From Antedon mediterranea (lineage: Eukaryota > Animalia > Echinodermata), in assembly GCF_964355755.1 (NCBI RefSeq), contig NC_092670.1, positions 36,258,388 to 36,322,387 on the forward strand: 64,000 bases of DNA, given 5' to 3'. Shown in pieces: positions 14,001-26,000 of the stretch. Below the pieces are notes generated by a model, which worked only from the letters and a program-made list of their open reading frames with translations, had not been told where the DNA came from and made no database searches. Made by a program: the position numbers and the translations under genes. Numbering within the stretch: position 1 is the first letter of the stretch; each line of letters starts with the position of its first letter.

Positions 14001-17000
14001 TAAATATTAATACAGTGTTGCAATATTATTTACATATAAATTGAATTGATTGCATATTTTACGTGTAAGTGTGAAATGATGTTCTGAATTGAATTTTTGT
14101 TTATGTACAGTATGATTTTTGAACAATGTGTTACAGATATAATTGAACTGAACAATTTTTTTTTAAATGTTTTGTTGAATATGCCGTCACTATAGAGTTG
14201 TTCACTTTGACCAAAAATTAGATTTAAAAAAATGCATTTGTACCTTAAAAGGGGGACAATTTAAACAAACAATTGGTTTTTGGTTAAATGTACTGTTTAT
14301 TTTGTATTTTTGTTACCGTATTTTCCGGAGTATAGGTCGAGACTTTGTGGGAAAATTTTAATTGCAAAATCGGGGGGTCGACTTATACTCCGACCATGCG
14401 ATTTTTGAAAAAAATCAAGCCGAAAAAATTCGTTCAAAAGCCGTCAGCTGTCAAGGCCTAGCAAGGTCAGTGGCCTATCATCAATCACTCACAGGAGTTT
14501 TCAATTTAATAATACCTACATTGTACAAAATAATACAACTCCAACAAGTACTGGTACAAGTACTATTAATATATAACAAAGATTAATTTTGATGTTTATA
14601 TTACGCTTTTATTAAAATAATTAAGAATAAATAGTTTTCGTTTGTGTTTCATATGCTTCGTATTCACTCGCGAAAACATCGTAACACACACCACAAAACG
14701 AACTACACGATGTTGGAATGTCCATGCAGCATGTTTGTTATTCCGCGATATTTTCATCTATACACATGCGCAGTTTGTTTGTTTGTTCGTAATTACAATT
14801 ACTGCGCATGTCTATTCATAAAATAAATTCTCCTCAGTCCGGCGCGTGTACATTTACAGATAACGCGATTTACAACTACTCGCCTGTACAATAATAAGCC
14901 TCCTAACGAAAAACTCGTTTTAATTTATTCGAGTGACGCGAAAAAACATTGCTGATGGCAAGTACTGTAACGCTACATCGCTGTCATTTATTGTAGGCTG
15001 GCGAAGACGGCGGCGAAGCCGTTGTGATTACGTCCGTCCGATATTGATTAGGCATACACTTTAATAATTGTATAAACAAACAACCACATTTCATACATTT
15101 CTAGCCTTCTTTGAACTTTAAAGTAAGTTGTGTTATTAGCCGATTTTGGGGGTCGACTTATATTCAGGTCATACCAAAATCAACGATATTCTAGGTCAAA
15201 GTTGGGGGTCGACTTATACTTGGGGTCGACCTATACTCCGGAAAATACGGTAAGTGAAATCTTTATTGTTTTTGTTTATTTTCTACGGCAAGTGAATATC
15301 TAAATTGTTAAAATTGCAAAATGGCAAGGTATTCAAAGTATGATTGTATTAATCTTCATTGTTCATGTTTTTTGGGGACAATAAATCTTTCAACAATTAA
15401 TTTTTTACTGTATTATTTTTGTTTAAAACTACAATAACTTGATTGAATTTGTTTCAGGTTTGGAAAAATAATATTGCCACACTTTTGGAAAGCATAGGAC
15501 AATGTCAACACAGGAATCGAGGCAACTGTTTATTGACTAATCGGAACAATGCAATTACAGTATTGTGTTATTGCCATCATTTGGACTTCTGCAACATTAG
15601 CACAAGGCACCTGTGACGTGTGTTGTATTTATTGTGTTTTACTGTAATCAGCGAATATTTATAGTTATTCAATCATGTTAGTTGGCAAACATATTACAAA
15701 CTGGTTATTAGTATATTTTTTATACTTAACATTGGTACCTGAGAACTGTCAGTGAGGACGTACATTATTTGATTGTTGCTTGGATTTTGCCTGATGATTT
15801 GATAACACCTGATTAAATGTTATTTTATGTTTTTATAGAAATTAAAGATTAGTAAGATATACAGTATTTATAAAATGTCTCTATTGATGGATTCTGCGAC
15901 GTAACAGTAACTTTACTACTAACTACTTTAAAACCGTTGATTCAAATTGGATATAGTAATTCAACAAATCAAATTTCAACGTTAAATCTATGTTTAAATT
16001 TACGTTGATGCAAATTTTCATTTCAACTTAATTATTACGTTGTTTCAACGTTAATAATTTCAACATTGAATCAACATTGATAATTTCAACGTAGACATTT
16101 TTACGTTGTTTCAACGTTGAAAATCTATGTTGAATCAACGTTGACATTTTTGTTGAGGCAAACTTTCATTTTCAACCATTTTTTCAACGTTATTTCAACG
16201 TTACTTATTTTAACGTTGTTTCAACGTTGATAATTTCTATGTTGATTCAACGTTGACATTTACGTTGAGGCAAACTTTCATTTTCAACCATTTTTTCAAC
16301 GTTATTTCAACGTTACCTATTTTAACGTTGTTTCAACGTTGATAATTTCTATGTTGATTCAACGTTGACATTTACGTTGAGGCAAACTTTCATTTTCAAC
16401 CATTTTTTCAACGTTATTTCAACGTTACCTATTTTAACGTTGTTTCAACGTTGATAATTTCTATGTTGATTCAACGTTGACATTTAAGTTGAGGCAAACT
16501 TTCATTTTCAACCATTTTTTCAACGTTATTTCAACGTTACTTATTTTAACGTTGTTTCAACGTTGATAATTTCTATGTTGATTCAACGTTGACATTTACG
16601 TTGAGGCAAACTTTCATTTTCAACCATTTTTTCAACGTTATTTCAACGTTACTTATTTTAACGTTGTTTCAACGTTGATAATTTCTATGTTGATTCAACG
16701 TTGACATTTACGTTGAGGCAAACTTTCATTTTCAACCACTTTTTCAACGTTATTTCAACGTTTGCAGATAACGTTGAATTAACGTTAATTCAACCAATTT
16801 TTGCCCACTGGGGAATGGATTGGAGAGTGAAGGGAATGGATGGGAGAGTGAAGGGAAGATAAGGAGGGAGAGGCGGGAATAAATCAGAAGACAGAACATA
16901 CAGATGCAAGTAGAGTTGCCGAGAATGAATGAAGATTGCTAGAAGATACATTTCCGTCCCTTTATCTTATTTATAATCATTTTACATCTACAAAGTTTGG

Positions 17001-20000
17001 ATTTCTCAGACCACTCATGCCAAAGATTGACACTCATCTAATTTACAACAAACATACAATAGGCACCATTTAAGTACAGTTGAACACTTGTATTATCTTT
17101 AATCATAGTTATTTGTTTGAATATATTATCTATACTAACGTTGGTCAATTGCTTTTAGTTTTTAATGATAAACCTAAACACACACACATTTTGTATTCTG
17201 TGTAGCTTTGTGCCTATTTTATCTTTAATAATAACTTATCTCTAGTTATGGGGTCAAGTGTCATCATTAATTTTTAAAAAAACAGGTCACGCAAATTGAT
17301 GTTGCAATTTTCATGAATAGTATTTCTGGATAACCTTTTTGTTTTGTTTGTGTTGTATATTATCTATTATTCAGCATTGTTTGGCAAACAAATTAAAAAT
17401 ACACTGGATAGTATTAAATGGACTGTACCATTTCTAAAATAGGTGATTTAAATATATACTCTTACATAGTCAATAAGCAAAATTTTATAATAATAATAAA
17501 TATATATCAAATAAACAATATTAATATTAAGTACTACTACTACAATAAAAAGAATTATATATAAATATCATTTAAGAAAAAATGTTTCATAATACGGACA
17601 AAATTTATTTTATATATTTTTTTACAATAAATAACTGTCCCATCTATTGATTATAAATGTTGGCAGGGTGCCAAGAATGTTGGTTTGTATGGGATACAAT
17701 TCACTATTTATAATACCCTGGACAGGTTTTGTAAACAGAACAAATGCAGCTAAGCCTGGGGTCATTTAGTCAAGAATATTGTACTATACGCATTAGTGAT
17801 AAACATCGACGAAGCAAAATACCAAGTACCGTAAGTCAATTATTTTCTTTCATTAATTCAAAAACTAATTGCGATTTTGATGGTTTTAGACCTATAATTA
17901 GTATTTAATTTAAAACATTAGTTTTGCTAGTCTAAAATATACATACTGTACTGTAGTATCATTTAGATTGGCATCTGTTAGAAGGGGATGGGTTTATGGC
18001 TTGAAAAAAAGTGATTTTTCTTCCATGCAGTAACAGATTTAAATGATTGTATTTTTCACAGTAATAATTTTTATTTTGATATATCAATGTTATAAATATC
18101 ATCACCATATGAGTAGGCCGGTTCTGTCTACACTATCACCTATAAAAAAAAGTGTGATGTGCCCAAACATGGTAGTGATGCCAGAATATGGTAGTGATAT
18201 GACATCATATATAGACACATCATATTTTTTGTCACATAAAGTTTGATGGTGTAGCAGAGCTTAAGGTCTCACAATTCTTTGATATGTGCATTTTTTGGAT
18301 CCTAGGATATCATAAATAAATACATAAAATATTATAAATATTGGAAAATATCAGATTGACAAAATAGAAAACACTGTAGAATGAAATAATGTAAAATTAA
18401 AGATATGCGAGAATTTGGATTTTAATCATACATTTACTAATTTATTTACTGCAAAGAAAAATAACTTTGATAACATTTTACATGTTCATAATAAAGCTCT
18501 GTCTACACTATCAACTTTATATGACAAACAAATGTAATGTCCCCATATACTGTATGGACATGATAATGTCATATCACTACCAATATTTGGGCATACCACT
18601 ACCATAATTGGGCACATCACACTTTTTTTGACAAACTAGTTTGATAGTGTAGAAAGAGCTTACGGAGTAATTTGGATTGTTTTTACATTTATTACTGAAG
18701 TAAACTATATTTTACTGCAGTAACAATACTGCTTACTTTATCTTCAAATAATAATTTCAAATAAACTTGGATCTTGTCCCAAATACCAAAGTTTCCATAA
18801 AATAAATAGTTGAGCGAAGTTATCGCCACAATTCATTTATATAAATCGTTGAGGCGTATCAACTATTCAACTTCTAAATCTATTCATGTGAAAAATAGAA
18901 TCTTTGATGACAAACTCAAACAACAAGACATTTTTAGAATTACAAAGTATCAGGTTTCTGGCTAATCTTATCCTAAAAATCCTCTGAATTAAAATTAAAA
19001 TCTTACAGAAATATAATACTAATTAATTAGCAAAAAAAACAACTGCAATTTGCAAAACAATAGATTAACGTGACTTTCTTCTTTACAAAGAAGAGGATTT
19101 TTTTTTTTTACAATTGACAAGAAACTATCACCAAAATTTGATTTATTGTTAGTAATATTTAAACATTTTGATTTATATGTAATGGTGATCAGCAAATAAA
19201 GACTAAAACTCTGTCTACACTATCAAACTAGTTTGACAAAAAAGTGCGATGTGCCCAAATATGGTAGTGATATGACATTATTGTGTCCATACAGTATATA
19301 CAGTAGACACATCACATTTTTTTCACACATAAAGTTTGATAGTGTAGACAGAGCTTAAAAATAAATTGAATATATTATTCTATTCATTTAATAGGTTTTA
19401 TTTTAGACAATGTTCTAATGTTATGTTATATTTTAGGTGAGAAGGCCATGGCTGACTCACCACTTCCAGACTACAGCAAAAAGGGGAAACCAACTCTAGT
19501 ATTTGGTCGTAGAGGATTCACACAGGAATCTCTCCACCACCCGCTAGGACTATGTATCACTAAGGAAGACAAAATCGCAATCGCCAACAGCAAGACGAAT
19601 GAAATCAAAATCTTTTCGCCTGATGGGGAATTCTCTGCGTCTTATAAACTGAACAGCGTCAATCTAATGGTTGACGATGGCGTGACAGCAGTTACTACTG
19701 ACCCGATCGGTAACTTGGTATGTAGCTATACAGACGGGCACCAGGTGCAAGTAATGACAGCCAACGATGGTAAGCACAAACGTGATGTGATGTTAGACAC
19801 GAAATGTAATTTCAAACCTTGGGGCGTGGCCTGCAGCTCTACCTGTTTCTACGTTTGCGACAGGCAAAATGCTTGCATTCGGGTATTCGCCGCCGATGGG
19901 AAACACATGAAAGATATTGGTAAGCGAGGAACAGATCCGGGTGAATTCACGGATCCTGTCGGTATCGCAATAATGCCAAACGGTAAACTCGCAGTGACAG

Positions 20001-23000
20001 ATTTTCAAAACAACAACGTACAGATCTTCAATGAACAAGGCACGTATTGCTGTACGTACGGTACAGAGGGAAGTGGACCGGGAGAATTTAATCAGCCAAT
20101 GGGAATAGCAGTTGACCGTACTGGCTTTATAGCGGTAACGGAATGGAAAAATAATCGTGTACAGATTCTTGATGCTATGGGTAACTCTGTGACATGTTTT
20201 GGAGAACAAGGTGCGGGAGACGGGGAATTCTTCTCGCCAAGTGGCGTGGCAATAACGAAGGATCGGCAAATTGTTGTGGGAGATTTTAACAACAATCGCA
20301 TACAAGTTTTTTGAAACTGACAATGTTTATACTGTATAATGAACTATAAAAACATAATTCCTAATGTAAGCTATATGTTTAAACAGACAGGTACTACTTT
20401 CGTACTCTTATTTCTAAACAAATAGGTAGATTTACTACTACATAACATAGATTTTTAAATATTACATTATTTTAATGGATAGGGTTTGCTTAATTTGAAT
20501 ATGTATATATATTAATCAGTTATTATCTTGTACAACCACATAACCGGGTTTAAATCGAATGACTCCTTGTGTTTTATGAATTAGATGTCAATATTTTAAG
20601 TCTATAGTAATATACTCTAAATACATTTGCAGGGGTGGATCAAAGATTTTTTTTAAAGGGGAGTGGTAACATATAATATTAATAGTCTGTCAAAAATGTA
20701 AACAAAAAAAATTTCACAATTTTATTTTAGCTATCAAAAGGGGGGCATGCACCCTGAGCGCTACCCCCTTGATCTGTAAGAATAGTTACCCGTTAACTGT
20801 GTACATGTGTCTGCTATAGTCTGCAAGTTCTCACCGCTAAGAAACGTACAGCAGTTTAGCTGTAAACGTTCTAAATTCATTCCACACTTCTTAATGAATC
20901 TGTGGACAGGAAGATTTTAAAACTTTGCATATAATCAAGAAATTGTATAAAATAAGGATAAATTTACATATTAAACTTTAAAACTGGTAAACAAAAACTG
21001 TAAAAAAAATACATGAATAAAAGAAACTGTATGGGCATGTTATTCTGATCTTTTACACAACTCTTTCTACACTATCAAACTAGTTGGACAAAAAGATGTG
21101 TGCAATTATGGTATTGATATGCCCAAATATGGTAGTGATATGATGTCATCGTGTCCATATATCAGAACATCACATTTTTTTCCCATACAGTTTGATTGTG
21201 TAGAAAGAGCTTAATATACAGTACTGTATGTTTATGTGATGACAATTCTCATAAAAAACAGCTATCTACTGTAAATTGCATTTGTTACTAGTTGATTTTG
21301 GGTGGTTGTAATTGCCATTGCTTCTAACCCACCAATCAAAAATCATTTTACAACCACTTTTTTCATCTGGAGGTCGTGGGTTCGAGTCCCACCTGAGAAA
21401 TACTTGCAAGTGTTTTCAATAGTGTACAATAAAATGAAGTACAAGATTATGTCAGAGTAAAGCAATCACCTTACCAATTACGCTCTCACCCCCCCCCCCC
21501 CCCTGATGCAAAGCTACTTCATAGTACTTAAATACAATTATCATACTACAGTATAAATAAATATACTTTTATAATGTAGAGCAATCACCTTACCAATTAC
21601 GCTCCCACTCCCGCCCCCCCCCCCCTGATGCAAAGCTACTTCATAGTACTTAAATACAATTATCATACTACCGTATAAATAAATATACTTTTATACTGTA
21701 GAGCAATCACCTTACCAATTACGCTCTCACCCCCCCTGATGCAAAGCTACTTCATAGTACTTAAATACAATTATCATACTACCGTATAAATAAATATACT
21801 TTTATACTGTAGAGCAATCACCTTAAATATACTTTAAATACCTATCAAATGTTTCTGGAGTTATCGTCCCCCAGTTACCACACCAAGCTAGGCTCAGATG
21901 CTTCAGTTGTCTACATCGTGATGAAAAACTGTCCATGGCAGAATTGTTGAACTACAAAAAAATTCAACAAATCAAGTTTCAAAAATTATATTATAAAAAC
22001 AAAAACTTGAATTCCCTGACTACAGTATTCTAGCCAAAATTCCATGAGTTTTACATGAGAAATACTTGTATAAATAGTTTCTATATTTCATTCCATGTAC
22101 TTTTAATAGTCAAAAAATTATAATTAAAATTCCATGATTTTCCAGGTTTTCAATGCCTTATATGAACGCTGTGTAAATGCATATACTGTACAGACTTATT
22201 CATTTTCATACCTGCTCTAGTCCGGCTCTGGCAAATTTCATTTTCACCATACAGCTATGAGCCAATCGATATGTCCATAGCCGCATGGTGTGTTGTGAAA
22301 ACAAAAAATTGAGGTTTGATTTTATTTGCCAAAACCGAACTGAAGCAGGTTTGATAGACGCTTCATAGAGCCTAGACATATTGGAGAGAAAGAAGACTAA
22401 TAACCATTAATTAATTAACTAGTCTTTTAATTAATTAGTCAACTATGATAAAGATGATTTAACACTTACTTTAGACCAATATGGTTGAATGTTAAGCTGG
22501 CCATACAGGAGGGAATCATAACAATTCTTCTTGAAGAGGTGACACACAGACGCAACTTGACAAAGCTCAACAACAGTTAAATGCTGAAATATTAACTGGA
22601 TCACTTCTGCCTAAAAAAACATTTATGTTTAGGTTTATGAATACTATGCTGAATAGAAATATATATCACATGGCAGTGGTGCTGAAATTGTATTATATGA
22701 AGCAGTAGGCTATTATGGAGATCAGTTAAGCTCTGTCTACACTATCAAATGTTCACAATGTGGTAGTGATATGTCATTGTGTGTATACAGTATATGGGCA
22801 CATCACATTTATTTGTCACATAAAGTTTGATAGTGTAGACAGAGCTTTAGACTAGGTGATATATATTATACAGATATTGCCTGCCAAAGCGGCAGCTGAG
22901 GGATATATATAATTCCCCGAGAACATAATATCATCCCGAGGGGATGTTAAATCTTATATTTTACTGATATAAAAGGCGATATCTGTTATATTACATAGTC

Positions 23001-26000
23001 AAGGAACAAGTCTGCTGGGTCGGGTGAAGCTAGGCTAGGCCTCCTATTTGTATCGTTTGTAAACAAGCTGCCTAGTATATAGACACCTTACCTTGCAAAG
23101 AATAATATACAGATAATTACTAATTAATGATTCCTTGGCAATTAAATATTCACTAGCCTAGGTCGTTTAAATAATAACAGAAGAATTTCCATCAATAAGC
23201 CTACATCAATAATAATAATATTATCAGGTAGGCCGAATAAATAATAATAATTTGTCTTCTCTTTGAGCCGAATCACCGGATGTTTAGTGCGTCGCGCGCG
23301 TACCGGTTACTACTGTGAGTATTAACCAATCACAAACGGTGTTTCATCCAGGGAGGACTAATAATAAATGAGGGCGCTATGTATGCATAGTTTAAATAGT
23401 TTAGTTGAGTAATTTCTTCAAGCAAGTTCCGTGGCGCAGCGCATGAAGCGTTGTCTTGTGATGGAGTGACAATTTCATCGGGAGTTCAAGACCCACTAGA
23501 TGACTTTTGTTTATTTATTGGCAAACGCGGGTGTTGCCACACGAAAATTACACAGTCAATATCATCGTACTCGATAATTTATATGACTAATGACAGGGAC
23601 ACGATAATTACGCGAAAATTACTCGGTCAATGTCATCGTTCTCGAGGATATATACGATTTACGATCCTCGCAGCAGTAGTCATGTGATGCAGTTTCAATC
23701 AATCACTTTCACGTATTTACATGGCTATGTAATAAATATATATATATATATATGTCGTTTCCATATATAAATGTGATGTGCCCATATGAACACGATGATG
23801 TAATATCACTACCATATTTGAGCACATCACTATCATATTTTAGCACATCACACTTCTTTGTCAAACTAATTTGATAGTGTAGACATAGCTTTAGGGGTTT
23901 GCCCTGAAAATTGAGTATGACCATCCCCCTAAAAAATTGATTAACCTCAAATTTAGGGGATTTCCCCTCCCCAAGGATGTACTGTTTATTTGTTAGGTCA
24001 GAATGTAGATAATTAGGATTAAATAATGAACATTTTACCGGTAGAATATCAAATCCACCATTAAAGCCAGCCCCTTCTATACTTATTGATTGTAAATCTG
24101 ATGGCTTTTCATCTGCCTTTGAAATTCCCAGTTTCTGCAAGCCATTGTATAGTTCATCTATATCTGTATAATAAATTATGATGATATAATGATTATTATA
24201 TGGGAATTATAAACAAGCTCACACAATTTATAAACAAAACTCAAGAAGAGTACTCCCCCAGTGACATTAAAATATATTAATGTAAATGGGGGAATAACCG
24301 GCGACTTGCAGCCTACCGGGCTGAATTGCGCCCAGGTGTGGATGACACTTCAGCGGAAAATCAAACGTCAGTGTTTCGTTTTCACAACGTTCCACGTGGC
24401 TAGGTGCCAACCGATATGCACAGAGCCGCATGAAAATAAAACATTGACGTTCGATTTGATTTGACGGCAACAGACAAAAACAGTTGGGAAAGACCTATAA
24501 TACAGGAATTATTAGTGGATATTTTTAATAAGTTTTCTTACCTGTTCCATCATGCGAGTCTGATGTGATGCCTACTAACTGTATAGCATCAATCTCTGGG
24601 TAATAGTCTAAGTGTCTGTGTCTGAAAACTACACGTAATAGCCTGTATATAATAAATATCGTATTATTTGCATAAAAGACATGGCTATTCAACCCTAGGC
24701 CGGTACAACATCTAGTAATATCAACCTAGATTGATTTTGGATTGCAGATCAAAATTTCAGAAATTAGCTGGTGTACCAAATTAGGTACAGTATAATAGAA
24801 CAATAAAATCTCAAAAATTAAAACAACGGCTATTGTACTTCTTGGAAGTTGAGACAATGGTATGCAACCTGAAACAATTGTATTTTTTAGAGTGTGAAGA
24901 TACAAAATGACAATTACTCATGGTTATAAAAGAAAGCCAGATAAAACAATGGACAGAAGTAAAGCGTGGTTCCCACTAGCGACGCAACACAAGGACGTAA
25001 CGCAACGCAAGTGAATTGGCCAATCACAAGCGATGTCTTATTCGCTTGTGATTGCTAACTGTCTATAACTTCGCTTGTCATTGGTTAAAACGCTTGCGTT
25101 GCGTTTACGTCCTTGCGTTACGTTCTAGTGGGAACCAAGCTTTAGGTCAAGTTTAAAAGCATATAGTATTATCTTTTTGAAGAAAGAACTTTATAGAGCT
25201 TTATTAACAAAATGTTTAGAATTTAACCTTGTTACTCTATGCCGTGACAGTTTTAATAAAAATGAATTGATGTTTGTTTCAAATTAAAAATATTACATGG
25301 TACAGTACAGTTTCTGGGAAAAACAAATATACACCCTTTAGGTCTATCTCACAATATCCCATTTTCAGATTTTTTTTTAAAGAATTAATTTTATAGATTA
25401 GAAAATAATTAAGACCTCAATAATGTATATTTTGAGACGGTTTCTATTTTTATTTACGGTATTAGGAGAGAGTTTACTTACGCTGTTGGAAAAGAGCAGC
25501 TCTTTAAATTTTGTTTGAAAATACGGAATTGGTTGATGGCTGACATCTCAGAGCAGCTGTACAGGCATTCCCACCTATACAAGAAAAGTTGTAAACATTT
25601 CTGAATTATGAGATTTAAAATAAAATAAGTATAAATGAATAATAATTATTACCAAAATACAGTAAAATACTTTTAAGGGAAAAACTTTGGCCCGGGACAC
25701 AACAAACCAAAGTGTTTTAAGTCTTCAATATGCGTTGTCCCATTAATAGGGGTTGGCCGAAGTGTTAAAACATATATCCTGAAAAGGGAGTGTTCAATCA
25801 ATCAATCAATCGTTCGATTTATATAGCGCCATTCCAACATTCATTGCTCATGGCGCTGTAAAAAATCAGAAAAGGTGAGTTTTGAGTAGTGACTTAAAGT
25901 GACTCAATAATGATGTGTGTTTAATGTTCAAGGGTAGGTGGTTCCAGAGCCTAGGTCCAGCAACACTGAAAGTCCGATCTCCCCAACTATGTTTGCTCCT

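Larger units (their letters stand above)
9812..16812. mobile_element. 7-kb non-autonomous CACTA/EnSpm (CMC)-type DNA transposon
   Basis: TIR CCCAGTGGGCA...TGCCCACTGGG. 2-bp TSD GA splits one minisatellite unit (gaaggGA|element|GAatgg). Long subterminal arrays of AACGTT-containing motifs. No transposase ORF. Confidence 0.85.

Noticed and set aside
19793-20323. 176-aa and 69-aa minus-strand ORFs
   Set aside because: Antisense shadows of the NHL coding sequence.
21365-21397. tRNA gene (GGTCGTGGGTTCGAGTCCCACC)
   Set aside because: Only the T-arm is present; no D-arm or acceptor stem. At most a tRNA or SINE fragment.
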